From: Marsupella aquatica
Taxonomy: Eukaryota; Plantae; Marchantiophyta
Reading direction: 5' to 3'
NCBI GenBank assembly: GCA_973895155.1
Contig: OZ316892.1
Coordinates: 15,306,861-15,370,860, forward strand
DNA: 64,000 bases
The position numbers were made by a program, and so were the translations under genes. Positions within the stretch are counted from its first letter, which is position 1. Each line of letters opens with the position of its first letter. Below are positions 39,273 through 51,940 of this stretch, in pieces. The notes under the pieces are model-generated. The model saw only the letters and a list, made by a program, of their open reading frames with translations, was not told where the DNA came from and ran no database searches.

Positions 39273-40459
39273 GTGGCATGAGCTAGATATGTAGTGCATG
39301 GTAGCTTTTATACTAGCATATATATGTACCATCTAGTATAGTAAGCTACCTAGGCTACTACATATTGTACATACCAGGGGGTTTCCCTTTTTGAATATGA
39401 CATTTTGAGCTTGTACATATAACATTCTTTTGCATCTATCATAATTTAACCCAATTTGGCCCATTTCACCATGAAACTACCCTAAACCCTCAAATACCAA
39501 CCCCATGAGGCCCACTCTTCTATCAAGAAAGAATCACCCTTGTCCGTTACTAGTCCAATGCAATATACATCGGAAAAACACCTAATTATCCCATGCTTTC
39601 AGTATCGGGACATCCGATACTCTGCTCTTCAAAAAGTCCTATACTAAATGCATCGGACCCCTCGTCCAGCAAGCATGACAAAAATCCAATGTCCAATACC
39701 AACCACTTTGGACCATCCAATATAAAAACAATTGCATTGTCCGATACATGCAACATTGGACCTTCCAATCTGTAATCCAACGGATGTTGCGATACTAAAC
39801 GCATCGGAAACTCCGATGCTATAAATTACACACATTGCGAAGCTCTAGGTAACGGAAATTCCGATATGATATGTATCGAACGCCAAGTTTTGCGATTAAG
39901 GTCACCCAAGTGGATATCCGACTCTCTTTGCATCGGATACGAAATAGTCCGAAATGGTTTGCTTTGGAAATACCGATGCAAAGAGGAACGGAAAGTCCAA
40001 AGGTTGTCCGATAGTCGGTGTCCGATATGTGGAGAATGGGAACATACGAAGCGGGTTACATCGGAAGTACCAAATTTAGTGTGCAACTTTCGTGAAGGAT
40101 CCGATGGAGATGGCATCGGATAAAGGCCCGAAAATGTACTAGTGTATGGCCCATACCCTTTTCCCCCGTGTAAGGTTGCACAGTTTTTAGCCTTACTGGG
40201 TGACTTTCACAATACCCATTCAACCACGCAATAACCAGGCAAAAATCACAGTGACCGTGCTAAGATCCATTACCAACGGGACCTCGTAGTTGGATCGAGG
40301 TGAAAATTGGGCCTTGCACCTCCAAGCCGCCACTATCAACATTAGGGTTATCTTATGCTAATTAATTAGAATACATTGACATGAGTGTATTCTATTTGTA
40401 AAACCAATTTCCGTGCTTTAGGTTCAAGGTCAAGTGTCGTCTTTTGTGGGGGTTCTAGG

Positions 40460-40860
40460 TAGGATCGATGTTTTGCGTGGTTTCACAGAGGTTTGTGCAG
40501 AGGCTAGTTTACTGTTCACAACGGGCCATTTTGCTGATGATCATGCTAGTTGACGATTGTGGTGGTTGATGATTGTGTTTCTTTTGTGGCTTTACAAAGG
40601 TTTTGGGCAGAGGTGTGGTTGATTGTTGGCAGCGGGACATTTTGGAGACAATCGTGTTGGTTGACGTTGTTGTTGGGCATCGTTTACTGCTGGCGGCGGG
40701 CCATTTTGCTGTCGATTGTGTTGGTTGACGATTGTGCTAGTTGATGATCGTGTTTCTTTCGTGGCTTTACGGAGGATTTGGGCAAAGTTATCATTGACTG
40801 TTGGTGGCGGGCCATTTTGGAACCATGACCGTGCTGTTGACAATTCTGCTGGTCGACTTT
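40460..40860. repeat. Degenerate tandem repeats (gggccattttg / ttcgtggctttac units)
   Basis: cgggccattttg recurs at ~40522, 40697 and 40808, with shared flanking blocks. Confidence 0.65.
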
Positions 40861-41939
40861 GCTCAATTCTGGCAAGTTCCATTTTGCTTCAATGATTGTT
40901 GTTTTTGGTGGTTTTAGATTGAGAGGATCACTTCCGGTATTGATTTCCCAGCAAACCTGTGGAAATCCATCACCTAGATTGAAGTTCTCTTTTTGTTTCA
41001 ACATTATGTTTTCATTTTCCTGCATGCATGATACGAGTGGATGAATGGGTAATCAATATGCTCGCTCAGTAGGGAGGATTCTAGCCAGGAGTCCAGGTCT
41101 GGAGTACCATGAGGCACAATGCAAGGAACTGGACCATGAAGGGGATGGGAGGGGAAGATAATACGAGCTTAGTGGTACGATAATTTGCTTTCTTACATCT
41201 AAATTTTCTCAACTTCTCTTGTTGGTTTGGTCTAGCTATCATCAAAATTACCTCTTGTTGTGCTCTTCTTCATAATAGTGCAGATCATTTGTATAGTCTC
41301 CCTAGTTCTTATGCAATTTTTGATCACCATCACATCCATGTCTTCCGGTTCTGCTGCGTAGTTTCTATACTACATGGATAACAGTGTAGGGACTGCTTTC
41401 ATTTGGTAGTTGAGTCCCGTCCTTGAATTTGTGAATGAAGTTTCCTCTCAGGATTTTGTGGTTGCCTACGAGCTCTAGGCAAAGTGGACTTCATGACAGG
41501 GATTGATCTGCGTCTGACTTGAAGGGGGAGATTCTCGGTCGAAGCACTAGGTATGACCGATTGCATCCTGACTTTACAAACATTGTCTGCATGTCGACGA
41601 ATGTTGTGCATGTTTTGAATACCATGACATGGATGTCTGCGAGTTCTTCTACTCTCTTTGAATACCATGACATTTGTGTCTTCTAAATTTGCTTATCTAT
41701 TGAAGTCGTCGACATGAGTGTAGGGACCGCTCTGCTTCCATCAAGGAGTGGAAAGCAATACAGGCTAACTTAGGTCAAGGTCATAGGCTGGAGAGGTTGG
41801 GTTTGATTTTGAGCATCCAAATACAATGAGCCTGGGCCTGAGAAGTGGGGTCTGTTGCTAAATGATGCTGATAAACAGCCAGATGAGCCAGACGTTGTAT
41901 ATGAACTTGTCCTCAATACTTCAGTTGAGGACCCACCTC

Positions 41940-42230
41940 TTGTACAAGATCCTATTCAGGTTCCTTCTCATGTTCAGGATGATGAAGACAATGATCATCA
42001 GAATCCTTCTCATGTTGAGGATGTTGACCATCTTATTGAGCATCCTGTTCATGATCCTATTCAGGATCCTATTCACCATCCTGTTCAGGATGATGAAGAC
42101 AGTAATCATCAGAATCCTTCTCATGTTGAGGATTTAGACCATCTTATTAAACATCCTGTTCATGATCCTATTCAAGATCCTATTGACCATCCTGTTCAGA
42201 ATCCCATTGACAATCCTATTCAAGATGTTT
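41940..42230 (+). repeat. 111-bp (37-codon) tandem repeat built from 12-bp subunits
   Basis: ORF 41855-42259 shows VQDDEDxxHQNPSHVEDxDHLIxHPVHDPIQDPIxHP twice. Confidence 0.8.
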
Positions 42231-42765
42231 ATGAACAAGGACTCAACTTTTCACAATAGTGTCACTTGGTTTCAAGCCTCCAAAATATTCTTTACGCCTA
42301 TGGAGAGGGAGAGGACGGCTACCCCCTCCAGGTCAATCTTTGTTTGTTTGCTTCAATTACTTTTGGAATTTCTTTGCAAATTGTGAATTGTGATGCCTAG
42401 ACAGGAATCACTCGGCCAGTTAAGTGGGTAAAGTAGGAAGGCACCCTAGGAACACCTTAGTATAGGGACAAAACAAGGAAAATATAAACCATTAGGGGCA
42501 ACCATGGAACCCGGGCCGAGGCCGGAGGTAAGGACGCTGAGGGTGAAAACTCGATTAGGGTTAGGGCGCGTTAAGCGTCGGCGGCTAGGAAGGATCAACG
42601 GGAAGAAGGACCGGCAGAGGAGAGGGGTAAGGAGCGCTTGCAGGAGATGGTGGCTCATTTGCGAGCACGAATTAGGCAGACGACTACGGGAGGCCAACTA
42701 CTGTCAGCTGCTTAAGCAAAGCACTCGGGGAGAGAGTAGATACCGACGATCGACCTAAGGAGGGT

Positions 42766-45700
42766 ATGAGCAACGTCAATCAAGCGGCACATTTCTGGGG
42801 ATGCCTGTTCGAACGGGCAACTGAGTACATCAAGACTTACGAGGACGAGGAATCAGAAAGGGCAGCTCGAGAACGGCAGGAGCTCGCTCGATTGTGGGAG
42901 CTGCAGAATACGGCTTTCTTAGGAGGCGAACTCATCAAGGACGAGTTCCTGTGGACGCCTACTTCCAATCAACTCGACGATCTTCTGTTTTGCAAAGACA
43001 GCGTCGTCGGCATCCGAGAGGCCATCAAGAACTGCAATGACATACACTGGGAATTAAAGGGTAGCACAGAAAGGTGGACCCAGGCAACGGTGCTAGGAGA
43101 AACCTCCACGACAGCAGAGATGAAGAGGAAGGGAGCCGTCAACGATGAAGCCACCCCGGCAAAAAGAACGAGGTCGGCGGCACCAAAGAAGCCAGTCGAG
43201 CAGCAGAGCAGGAGGCAGGGAGAAGCCGAAGAGGAGGAGGTCGATCCCATCAAGGCCATTCCAACCAGGGATGACACCTGGAAGGGCTGGGCGGCAACCC
43301 TACCGGTGGAGGTGCAACTACATTTTGCACGGGAGGAGGATGCATGCTTCACGGCCATGCAGACCAAGAAGTACCAAGGCTTCATGGCCGGATCCGGCTT
43401 AGAGGCCTTTGTAAGATTACCATGGCTGAAGCCGGAGGTACCGGAGTCAGACCTATTAGAATTCGTGGGGTCATGGGAACCCGAGACCAATTGCACGAGG
43501 ATATATGGGAAGGATTTCTATCTTACTCCCAAGGTAATTGCCGAAGTGTTTGGCTTGCCGATAGGCAATAAGACCAAAGTTGATACCAGGAAGACTTTGC
43601 CTGACAAGGAGTTCCAGTCGTTCCCCGGGCCATCAACGAAGAATGGCTTCTTCCGGAACACCTGCACCAACCCGCACATAGGAGAGATGATCGACTTCTT
43701 GCGGGTGACCATGCATTGTAACTTGCCGAGGGCAGAGATCGGCAAGGCACAGGTCTATCTGGCAGAAAGGCTAGACCCAAGCCGGGACTACAACGGGTAC
43801 CTTCTCAACCAATTGAAGAAGATCTTAAAGGAGGAGCAGCAGGTAATCGGCATGGGGAGCGTGTCGCGGCTTGGCTATCACATGCCGCTGTTGTGCCGGT
43901 ATGCCAGAGGTCAGACTTTTGCCCCGGTACTTCCCCTGCAGGTAAGGGCACCCGAGGAAGCTCCAACGCCGAGGCCATTGGCTGAGAAGCCTCAACCACC
44001 TGTTAGCCCTACGATCAAGCAGGTGTTTAGGCCCAGGCAGGAGGACTTGCCGATGCAGCAACCAGGCATGCAAAGTCTGCTGAAACTACTGGAGAAAGAA
44101 AAGAAATCGGCATCGGCAACAACAACGGCAACGACAACAATGCAGGACACTACTACAGAGGTAGGTCTACACCGGCTCACAAGAGAAAACCCCTTTGCTG
44201 GAGACAAGGAGAGAATCAGGCCTGAATCCAAGCCAGGTGTTCGAATGTATGTGGGAATCTCAAGCTCCGAATCTGAGGTAGAATTGCCTGAAGCTCCTAC
44301 CGACGAAGAGGAGAGGGAGAAGCCGGACGGCCAAGAAGTAGAGGAGGCAGTGGAGGACTGCAGCCATGATAATTCCGACTATGGGTCGGACCATCACGTC
44401 CCAGGAGTAAGGACCTGTGGCCGGTTTGTCCCCACACTTCCAAGGGTAGTGCGAGGGGACCCCAACCAGCAGAGTAGCCTTGAGTCTCCCCCACCAGATG
44501 TTGCTCCCCCGAGCTTCGACGGCATAAAACAGACGGTGCAGGAATTTCAGGAGCGAATCAAGCAGGAAGAGGAGGCAGCCCTAGCTAGGGAAAAGGATTT
44601 ACCAGGAGGAGATTGGCCGGAGGACATCAGGCGGCTAGCAAAAAAAGGAAGCAAACCTCTAGCCATGATTGAAGAGATCCGCAAGACGGCTTGGGAGCAG
44701 AGGCCGCGATGGGCGATGCCGCTCACTTCTACTTACTCCACCTACGCTAAGAATAGAGCCATGGAGTATGGTGAGATGTGTGGGGAACTTGCGCTCGGCA
44801 TCTTTGGAGAGGAGTTGGAGGTAGGACCCTTTTTCCATAGGGAGCAGTTGGAGAAGCACCAATTAGAAGAAGCGGTGGCTTTAGAGAGAAGCAAGAAGGA
44901 CGAGGTCATTCGGCGGCTTAGGAGGATGGAAGCCGAGATTGAAGATCTAAGGGCGGCCAAGAAAGCCCAAGATGAACTGCGGATTAAACGACATGAGCTG
45001 AACATCATGCAGGGGCAGTTGGACACCGCGCAGGCTGATAATCAGAATATCAAGGATAAACTGACTCAGACGCAGGGAGAGTTGGCCGACACGATCAAAG
45101 AGAGGGAGAAGTGGAAGCAAGAGCTGAAGAATATAGAGGAGGCCCACATAACAGCCAACAGCCGGGCCATGGCAGAGACCCAAAGAAAGGAATGGGCGTT
45201 GAAGGGGGAGCTCGAGAAAATCCGCGGAGCCCTTGAGCAGAAGGAGGCCGAGTTAGGGAAATCCTATCAAGGGATTATGGCGCTGCAGCAGGAGCTTGCA
45301 TCCCTGACGGCCAGCTTCAAGGCCGACCTAAGGGAGAAGGACGAGATGCTCGAACAGACTTACGCCAAGATGAACCAGATGGAGTCTGTCATCATTGCAG
45401 AGCTCGACAAGGAGCTAAGAGCAACCCAGGAGGAGAGGACTACCTTGAAACAAGAACGGGAGGAAGCCCAGAAGGAACTAGAGGAGGCACGCAAGGACCT
45501 GGATGAGACCCAGGAGGAGTTGGAGGAAATCACGAGGAAGATGGAGAACCTCCAGCGGCGGGCCGACAACCAAACGGAGCGGCTGAAGAAACAAGCCGCA
45601 GTATTTAAGTGCTTGTCTTCATCAGGCCCAACTCCAATTGGGGCAACCAAGTTACCAGGAGTGGTACTGGCCGAAAAAGCCGCGCCAACTGCACCAGTGC

Positions 45701-46035
45701 CGGAAGTAAGTGGGAAGGGGAAGGGACCAGCTGCCGAACCAGAAAAGAAGAAAAAGCGGAAACCTTCAGGGTCAAGGAGTAATCCGAGTCCACAAGCCGT
45801 GGTGACCAAGGAGGTAGAACCAGCACCATCCTCCGGCATGAATACGGCAATAGATCCCGCTATCATCACAGGTGGGGGTGGTGCGGCCCAAGCCGAACTA
45901 CTCAGTAATGAGGCCGGTATTCCAGATCCGCCTCTTGAGCAGGCCGGGGAGACCGTAGCCGAGGCTGAGGCCGTAACCGATCCCGAGCCAATGCCGACGC
46001 CGATGGTGGACCCAGTCAGGCCGATGGAGAGTTGA
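42766..46035 (+). CDS. Intact 1089-aa retroelement-type accessory protein (plant transposon/mobile-domain-like region plus long coiled coil)
   Basis: SGLEAFVRLPW...LLEFVGSW...IYGKDFYLTPKVIAEVFGLP resembles extra ORFs of Ty3/Gypsy (Athila/Tat-type) elements. ~250-aa heptad-rich coiled coil. No introns or stops. Confidence 0.65.
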   Translation: MSNVNQAAHFWGCLFERATEYIKTYEDEESERAARERQELARLWELQNTAFLGGELIKDEFLWTPTSNQLDDLLFCKDSVVGIREAIKNCNDIHWELKGSTERWTQATVLGETSTTAEMKRKGAVNDEATPAKRTRSAAPKKPVEQQSRRQGEAEEEEVDPIKAIPTRDDTWKGWAATLPVEVQLHFAREEDACFTAMQTKKYQGFMAGSGLEAFVRLPWLKPEVPESDLLEFVGSWEPETNCTRIYGKDFYLTPKVIAEVFGLPIGNKTKVDTRKTLPDKEFQSFPGPSTKNGFFRNTCTNPHIGEMIDFLRVTMHCNLPRAEIGKAQVYLAERLDPSRDYNGYLLNQLKKILKEEQQVIGMGSVSRLGYHMPLLCRYARGQTFAPVLPLQVRAPEEAPTPRPLAEKPQPPVSPTIKQVFRPRQEDLPMQQPGMQSLLKLLEKEKKSASATTTATTTMQDTTTEVGLHRLTRENPFAGDKERIRPESKPGVRMYVGISSSESEVELPEAPTDEEEREKPDGQEVEEAVEDCSHDNSDYGSDHHVPGVRTCGRFVPTLPRVVRGDPNQQSSLESPPPDVAPPSFDGIKQTVQEFQERIKQEEEAALAREKDLPGGDWPEDIRRLAKKGSKPLAMIEEIRKTAWEQRPRWAMPLTSTYSTYAKNRAMEYGEMCGELALGIFGEELEVGPFFHREQLEKHQLEEAVALERSKKDEVIRRLRRMEAEIEDLRAAKKAQDELRIKRHELNIMQGQLDTAQADNQNIKDKLTQTQGELADTIKEREKWKQELKNIEEAHITANSRAMAETQRKEWALKGELEKIRGALEQKEAELGKSYQGIMALQQELASLTASFKADLREKDEMLEQTYAKMNQMESVIIAELDKELRATQEERTTLKQEREEAQKELEEARKDLDETQEELEEITRKMENLQRRADNQTERLKKQAAVFKCLSSSGPTPIGATKLPGVVLAEKAAPTAPVPEVSGKGKGPAAEPEKKKKRKPSGSRSNPSPQAVVTKEVEPAPSSGMNTAIDPAIITGGGGAAQAELLSNEAGIPDPPLEQAGETVAEAEAVTDPEPMPTPMVDPVRPMES

Positions 46036-48077
46036 CTCAGTCAAGGGCAGGTAATCTGTCAGAGAATGAGCCTACGGCAGTGGCTGAGGAGGAAGCGTTG
46101 GGGGCGTCCATTAAGGATCCACCACCGGTGTCATGACGGTGCAAGGGCGCCGTTCCTTTTAGGGAGGGCGAACGTGGAGGGAGGAGGCGTGAGTGGGCAG
46201 GGCGGGTGCTGATCTCCAAGTTTAGGATTAGGATCAGGACCAGGAGCGGCCCTGACACTTAGCTTAGTGGGATTGCGGTCCCACTGGTAGGAGCAACACT
46301 TGTGCTCCTGCCTTGCTGTACATAGGTAGATTCGGGCAAGTAGATTACTGTTAAGTAGATTAGGCTTACGATGCAAAGAATGGAGGATCCACTACCAGGA
46401 TAAGTACCTGGGCAGCGGGGAGCTCAGGGCCTCTTCTTTAGCAAGGTTTTAGTTTGCACCAGCCGGGCTGGGATCAAGTAGTACGAGAAGCTCTCGGTTA
46501 GTCATACAGTGACCCTTGTGTATATTCATGTTTCCTCATGCCTAAGAGCTGAATAGAGTTGGCCTCACGGCTTAGTTCGCAGAACTTGTGTATGAGATGT
46601 ACTGTTTGTATGGCAAGTGCATGGTATGACTCAGTCAGAATGAGTCATTTTGCTATTTGTGTGTCGCATTAACTTGTGTGAAGAGTGCCCACATCAACCA
46701 AAAGGAAGGAAAGTAAGCAGGGGAGTGAGAGTTGGATGTGTCGAGCTGAGAGAGGTCTTAGCGGCTTAACCAAGCCTATTGGGGATCATTCCGGCGGCGG
46801 AATCCAAACATACCTAACAAGACGGAGGGGAAGACAGGGGAAGGCCTAGATTAGGCCGGCTACGTATCTCATGACCCGATGAAGGATCTGTCCAGTATAT
46901 GTGTGTAAAATGTTAATAGTAGTAGTAGAAGGTTAGCAGCGTCCCATGCCGATAAGCCGCGGAAACGGCCTCGCCAAGCGCGAAACCTGCGGGAATCGGC
47001 TTGAGCTGGGGGGTTTCTTGGGTTTAGGGAGCCATGGGACGCACCACATGAATACATCATGAGCCTCATTGTATTTGGATGCTCCTTGTGTTCATTGCAG
47101 GAAGGAGTAGTATCGAAGACTATCTCAGAGTTTGCGAGAGAGTTTGTAGCACCACCAACCACTACACCAGAGACTCTACTCCCAGACTTCATAGCGCCAG
47201 TCGCAGCAACAGCAACAGCCCCCACTAGAAGAATCCGAGGTGAACTGAGACCGCAATATGTGACTCATTTTGGCTCATGTGACTTCATTGTGACTCAACG
47301 TGACTTGACCCACGCTGTGACCCTTGGAGTTGCAAAAGTTGAGACCAAAAAATGGAAGTCACTATTGATACTGGGCTTTGCAACTTGCTTGATACCCATT
47401 TGTGACTGATCTGTGACTTTATTGTGGAGTCTAGCCTTGTTTCGACGTGATTGCAATATGACTTCAGCAAGTCACATCGTAAGTCACATACATGACTTAC
47501 CCGCATTCAACAACGACTAGCGTGTGACCATTTAGTGTCACAGAAGAGACCAATGGAGACCCTGGCCCGCGTCACACAAAAGAACCATTTGGGACTCTAT
47601 ATACTCATGTTTATAACTAATAAGGTTCACATGCAAGTTATAACCATGACTAATGAACACAGAGGGACAGTTCATAAGGAGAGAGAGCACTCCACATTAC
47701 AATACATAGAAACCTGATGTTCTAACTTTAGAAATATAACACATTGAATACAAGAAATGAACATAGCATGAATGACATCCACATGAAACAAAGCATCATA
47801 TAAGCAGATTCTACATAAAACATTCATAAGAATTAAACACAATCACAATCTTGCTAAAAAATGAAGATCATTTGAATTCCAATGGTATAGTTTACAATGT
47901 GATCAATGTAATTCAGACAAAACAGGAACTCATAATTGATGACTGCAAGATGAGATAACTAAAAGCACATGCATGATACTATGAATCTCCAAGAGGACAT
48001 GATTCTTGTACTGCTTCTTGACATCTAAAATCTACATAACATGACTCACACTACAAACAAATAATGGCATGACATTG

Positions 48078-51000
48078 TTATGGATCCTCTATGAACTTGC
48101 TTGGCCATAATACCAAAGAACCTGCAGCATCTCCAAGTGTCTTTTGAGGAAGATCATCATTTGTGTTTGGAATGGGAAGGACAGCTTTAGGTTTCACTAG
48201 TAATGTGACTAACACTACTGAATAACCTGGGGGAATCCTCTTGCCATGGAACGTTGTGGAACCAACCTGCACTCTGCCAAATCCTACTCGTGTTCCACTC
48301 TCATCAACAGCTAACAAGCCACTTTGTCCCTCAGCATTAGGTGCTTTCCCCACTTCCACCTTAGATCTTTCTGCCAGCACCGTTCTTGGAGGTTTGTATG
48401 AAACCTTTGACGTGGCTCTGCTCCCACCAGCAGACTTGCTTCGTGTGCGCATGCTTCCTCTCTTCACAGTAGTGAAGCTAGGCTCAGTGGGTTCCTCTGT
48501 TAGGACTGTCACAGTAGCAGGTTCATCACCTGGGAGTGTCATACCAACTAACTCTTTGGTTGGATTTATCTCAACAAGAGGCACACCTGTCATTGAGAAT
48601 GATACATTCTGCAAATCATTTATCTCTGCAATGGAGTCAAGATCTACATAGCATGAATCTGGCTCAATGGTATCATTGTCATGCTTGCTGATATCCTCAT
48701 TTGCCCCAACATTGATATCATCCACTCCCTTGCCAATGTCATCCTCATCCAAACATGGTTGACTGCCCTCTGTCAAACAAGTTGCTTGTACAGACTGTAA
48801 CTTTGTTGCCTCTAAATTACAACGAGTATTTGCCAGGTTCTCATACTTCTTCTCTGTAGCACCTGTCTTATTCTCTATGGACACAACAACCACAATATAT
48901 GTTACTGAAAATAACACATTCAACAAACAATGTCAATTCAAACTATACATTTAATAATCATATCCCACACAATTGTAAAGGCCTTACCTTCAAGCCTACA
49001 TGTCGTTGGCATGCCAGAAGAGTGCATCGACTTTGCCACCTCAAGTGGTGATGGTGGAACTCCTACAGAATTGGAATCAATTTTATCTCTCACCGACACA
49101 ACAGCTTCCATTAATGTCTTGAAGTTCACATGGAACAAGTCAGTCAATGAATTCAAACGTTCATTGATCTCTGGAAGACATGTTTCGACAGCCTTCAAAC
49201 GACCACTTATCTCTGTAAGTGAAGATCCACCTCCCTACATGACACAGGGGTATAGGTTCAATCACTCCATATGAAATGTTGGGCAATATATGCACAATCA
49301 ATGTTATATACAGTGTACACCTGAAATTCAACGCAGGTCATTCAATTACCAATCAGAACTCATATAACTTACATGCTTGGAGGATTCAGATGCACCCTCT
49401 TGAGCCCGGGTGTTCACAATTTCAGCCCTCAACTCTTCTTTTGAAGGGCTTTGCCCCAATTGGGCTTTCTGCACATGCATGGCAAACACAAGTTATCGAT
49501 CAATATTCAGGGAACGTACACTAAAAAACAAAGTTTACATGTATGGGTTTACACTAAAAAACAGTACATAGTGTAGCATAAATTACATAGCTAGGCCATT
49601 CATTCTTACCAAACGTTTAGCTGTCGGTGCAGTGCCGGTCCTTCCTGTCAGATTAGGGTTCTGAACACTCAACCTGGCCTCGGTCATCTGTGAACTCTTC
49701 TTTTTTGAAGCATCTGTTACAAAATAAGCTACTAACCTTGCCCACACTTTATCATCACAACTGGCTGGTGGAGGCATATCTGGCTTCTCCCCACCTTCCT
49801 TCCAAGCCTTATGCATTCTCCACCTCTCTTGCTTGATGATTTTACCTACTGTACTCTCTAGGCAACCTATGTCCACGCCATCATCACTGCCCACATAATT
49901 CCATTTGGCAGCAATATTTTCACATACAGTCTTCCAATCTTTTGGATGCTGTTTTTTAAAATTAATAACACTCACATCTAACCAACGCAATACTTCAGCT
50001 TTCAAATCAGCATGCCATCGGTTCTTGCGAGGACACTCAGCATCCACCCATTGTCTCTCATTCAACTTTACGTTCCCTTTCTTTGTCACCTCCCCTCGTG
50101 CACTGCTCTCGGTAGTACTGGACGTTGTATTGGCCACCCCTTCATTCACCCTACCTGGGGTTCTGAAGCCACCTGAGAAAATACAATGCCATTCATGCTT
50201 GAGAACTACATATAGCAGAATGGATGACGGCAACATTCAATGCTTCACTTCAAGAAAAATTCTTCAAACATACATACCTGTAGCTCTGCCTGTAGATGCC
50301 TGTGCAGGGACTGCACTCTGAAATTGTTGCGACCCTGGACCACCTGTCCAGCCTAGTATAGGGGCCGGATGATGTCACTTTCTAGGTATGTGTGTGCAAA
50401 CATATGTACTGAAAACTAAGTACAAACTGTAGGAAAACAACTGAACATTCACCGACATACCTGTCCCCCTTCCGTGCTGCATCTGCATAGGGGCATTAGT
50501 GAATACTTGAGTCGATGGTTCGACTGTCCAACCTGCACACATACATTTTCTATCATTATACATGTGCAGAATCCCCCCCACGTAAATGGACTCCAGATAT
50601 AATGAGTTCTTCCATTGCTGACAAGATCAGACATTACCTGCCCCTCTTCCAACGTTTGTAGGTACTGTATTTTGATATCCCTGCCAATTACCTTCACCAC
50701 CTTCCCAACCTTGTTCATTCCACGACCCACCACCATCCTCCCAACCTGGTTCAACCCATGTCTGTCCTTGTGGACATTGGAACTGATCATTACTAGCATT
50801 TGCCCAATCAGGTTGGGCAGAATCTGCATGCAATGGCAGGTGGACAGAATTTCATGTTGTCTGAATCCAATACATCCCAAACAATGTCAAAAATTGATAT
50901 GCAGTCTGAAATTCAAGAGTGTCATGCCTTCACAAAGAACTGGCATATAGATATATACTCACATCCCCATGGTTGAGGTGGACGTCCATACCCACGAGAT

Positions 51001-51790
51001 TGTGGGTTTGGACCTGCTCTGCCTCTACCACGGGCATAACCTAGAGCTTGCCCCCTGCCATAGTATTGGGCACCAGCCTGGGATCTACCACTACTACCAC
51101 CTCGCCAACCTTGATCAGAGGTCAGCCCCCCCTGCTGGTATGGTGCATGCACAGGCTTCGAAGGCAAAACAGAACTGGCAGGACGCTGCATCACATCACC
51201 AACTACAATGTCAGGAACTAAGCAAGGTACATATGTGTAGTACTGAACATATGAAACCTCTAAACAAGAGTTTTTAACTCAAAACCTTGTTGGGAAAACT
51301 ACTTACCTGTTTCTTTTGGGGCTGCTCTGCAATGTATTCATCTTCATAACCCCCATCCTCATCCATTTCCTCTGGAAAATACTCATCATCTGCATTTTCT
51401 TGTCTAGTGTCTGCACCCACCTGTGCAGCATCAATGTCATCTCCACATTCTGCCATTGTAGGTACGACCTTCTTGCTCAACCTGTCACTCCGACGCACAG
51501 GCCCAGAGATAGTGCTGGTCACCCTTCTTGCGTACTCCTTTTGTTTCTTTGAAAATGTTGTGGCTCTGCGACATTCCAATATGAGAATACAGTCACAATT
51601 TCAGTGCCACATTGAACTATTCATGTCACACAAACTCAGCGGAGGGGTGTAGTTGAGAACCGTTCCCTTACAATTCAGCCACATCCTTTTCCAAATCCAG
51701 TTCTGCGATTTTGGCTTTCACGTATGCTCGTTGTTCCATAGCTTTCCTTTCATACTCACACATCTCTGTGTCACTCTGTTCCATCCTACT
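48078..51790 (-). CDS. CACTA ORF2 (TnpA-like), multi-exon, with C-terminal Tnp1/Transposase_23-like domain
   Basis: CEYERKAMEQR...PVRRSDRL. Transposase_24-like VWARLVAYF...KSSQMTEAR...TGRTG. C-terminal FHGKRIPPGYSVVLV...LPIP...TLGDAAGSLVLWP. Confidence 0.7.
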
Positions 51791-51940
51791 GGACCACAAA
51801 AACATGTCATCTATGGTCACCCCGTATAACACAATGCAACCACAATCACCAGGCATCCATCCATACATCTGTGTTGCTTCAAAATTACTTTATTACACAT
51901 CCTTCCCCTCACTAATGTCCATGCAAACAATTCACATTAC

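Larger units (their letters stand above)
30170..40144 (-). mobile_element. Complete CACTA (En/Spm) DNA transposon, 9975 bp
   Basis: TIRs CACTAGTACATTTT (30170) and AAAATGTACTAGTG (40144). TSD TAT on both sides. Dense TCCGAT/ATCGGA subterminal repeats. Two divergent genes. Confidence 0.97.
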
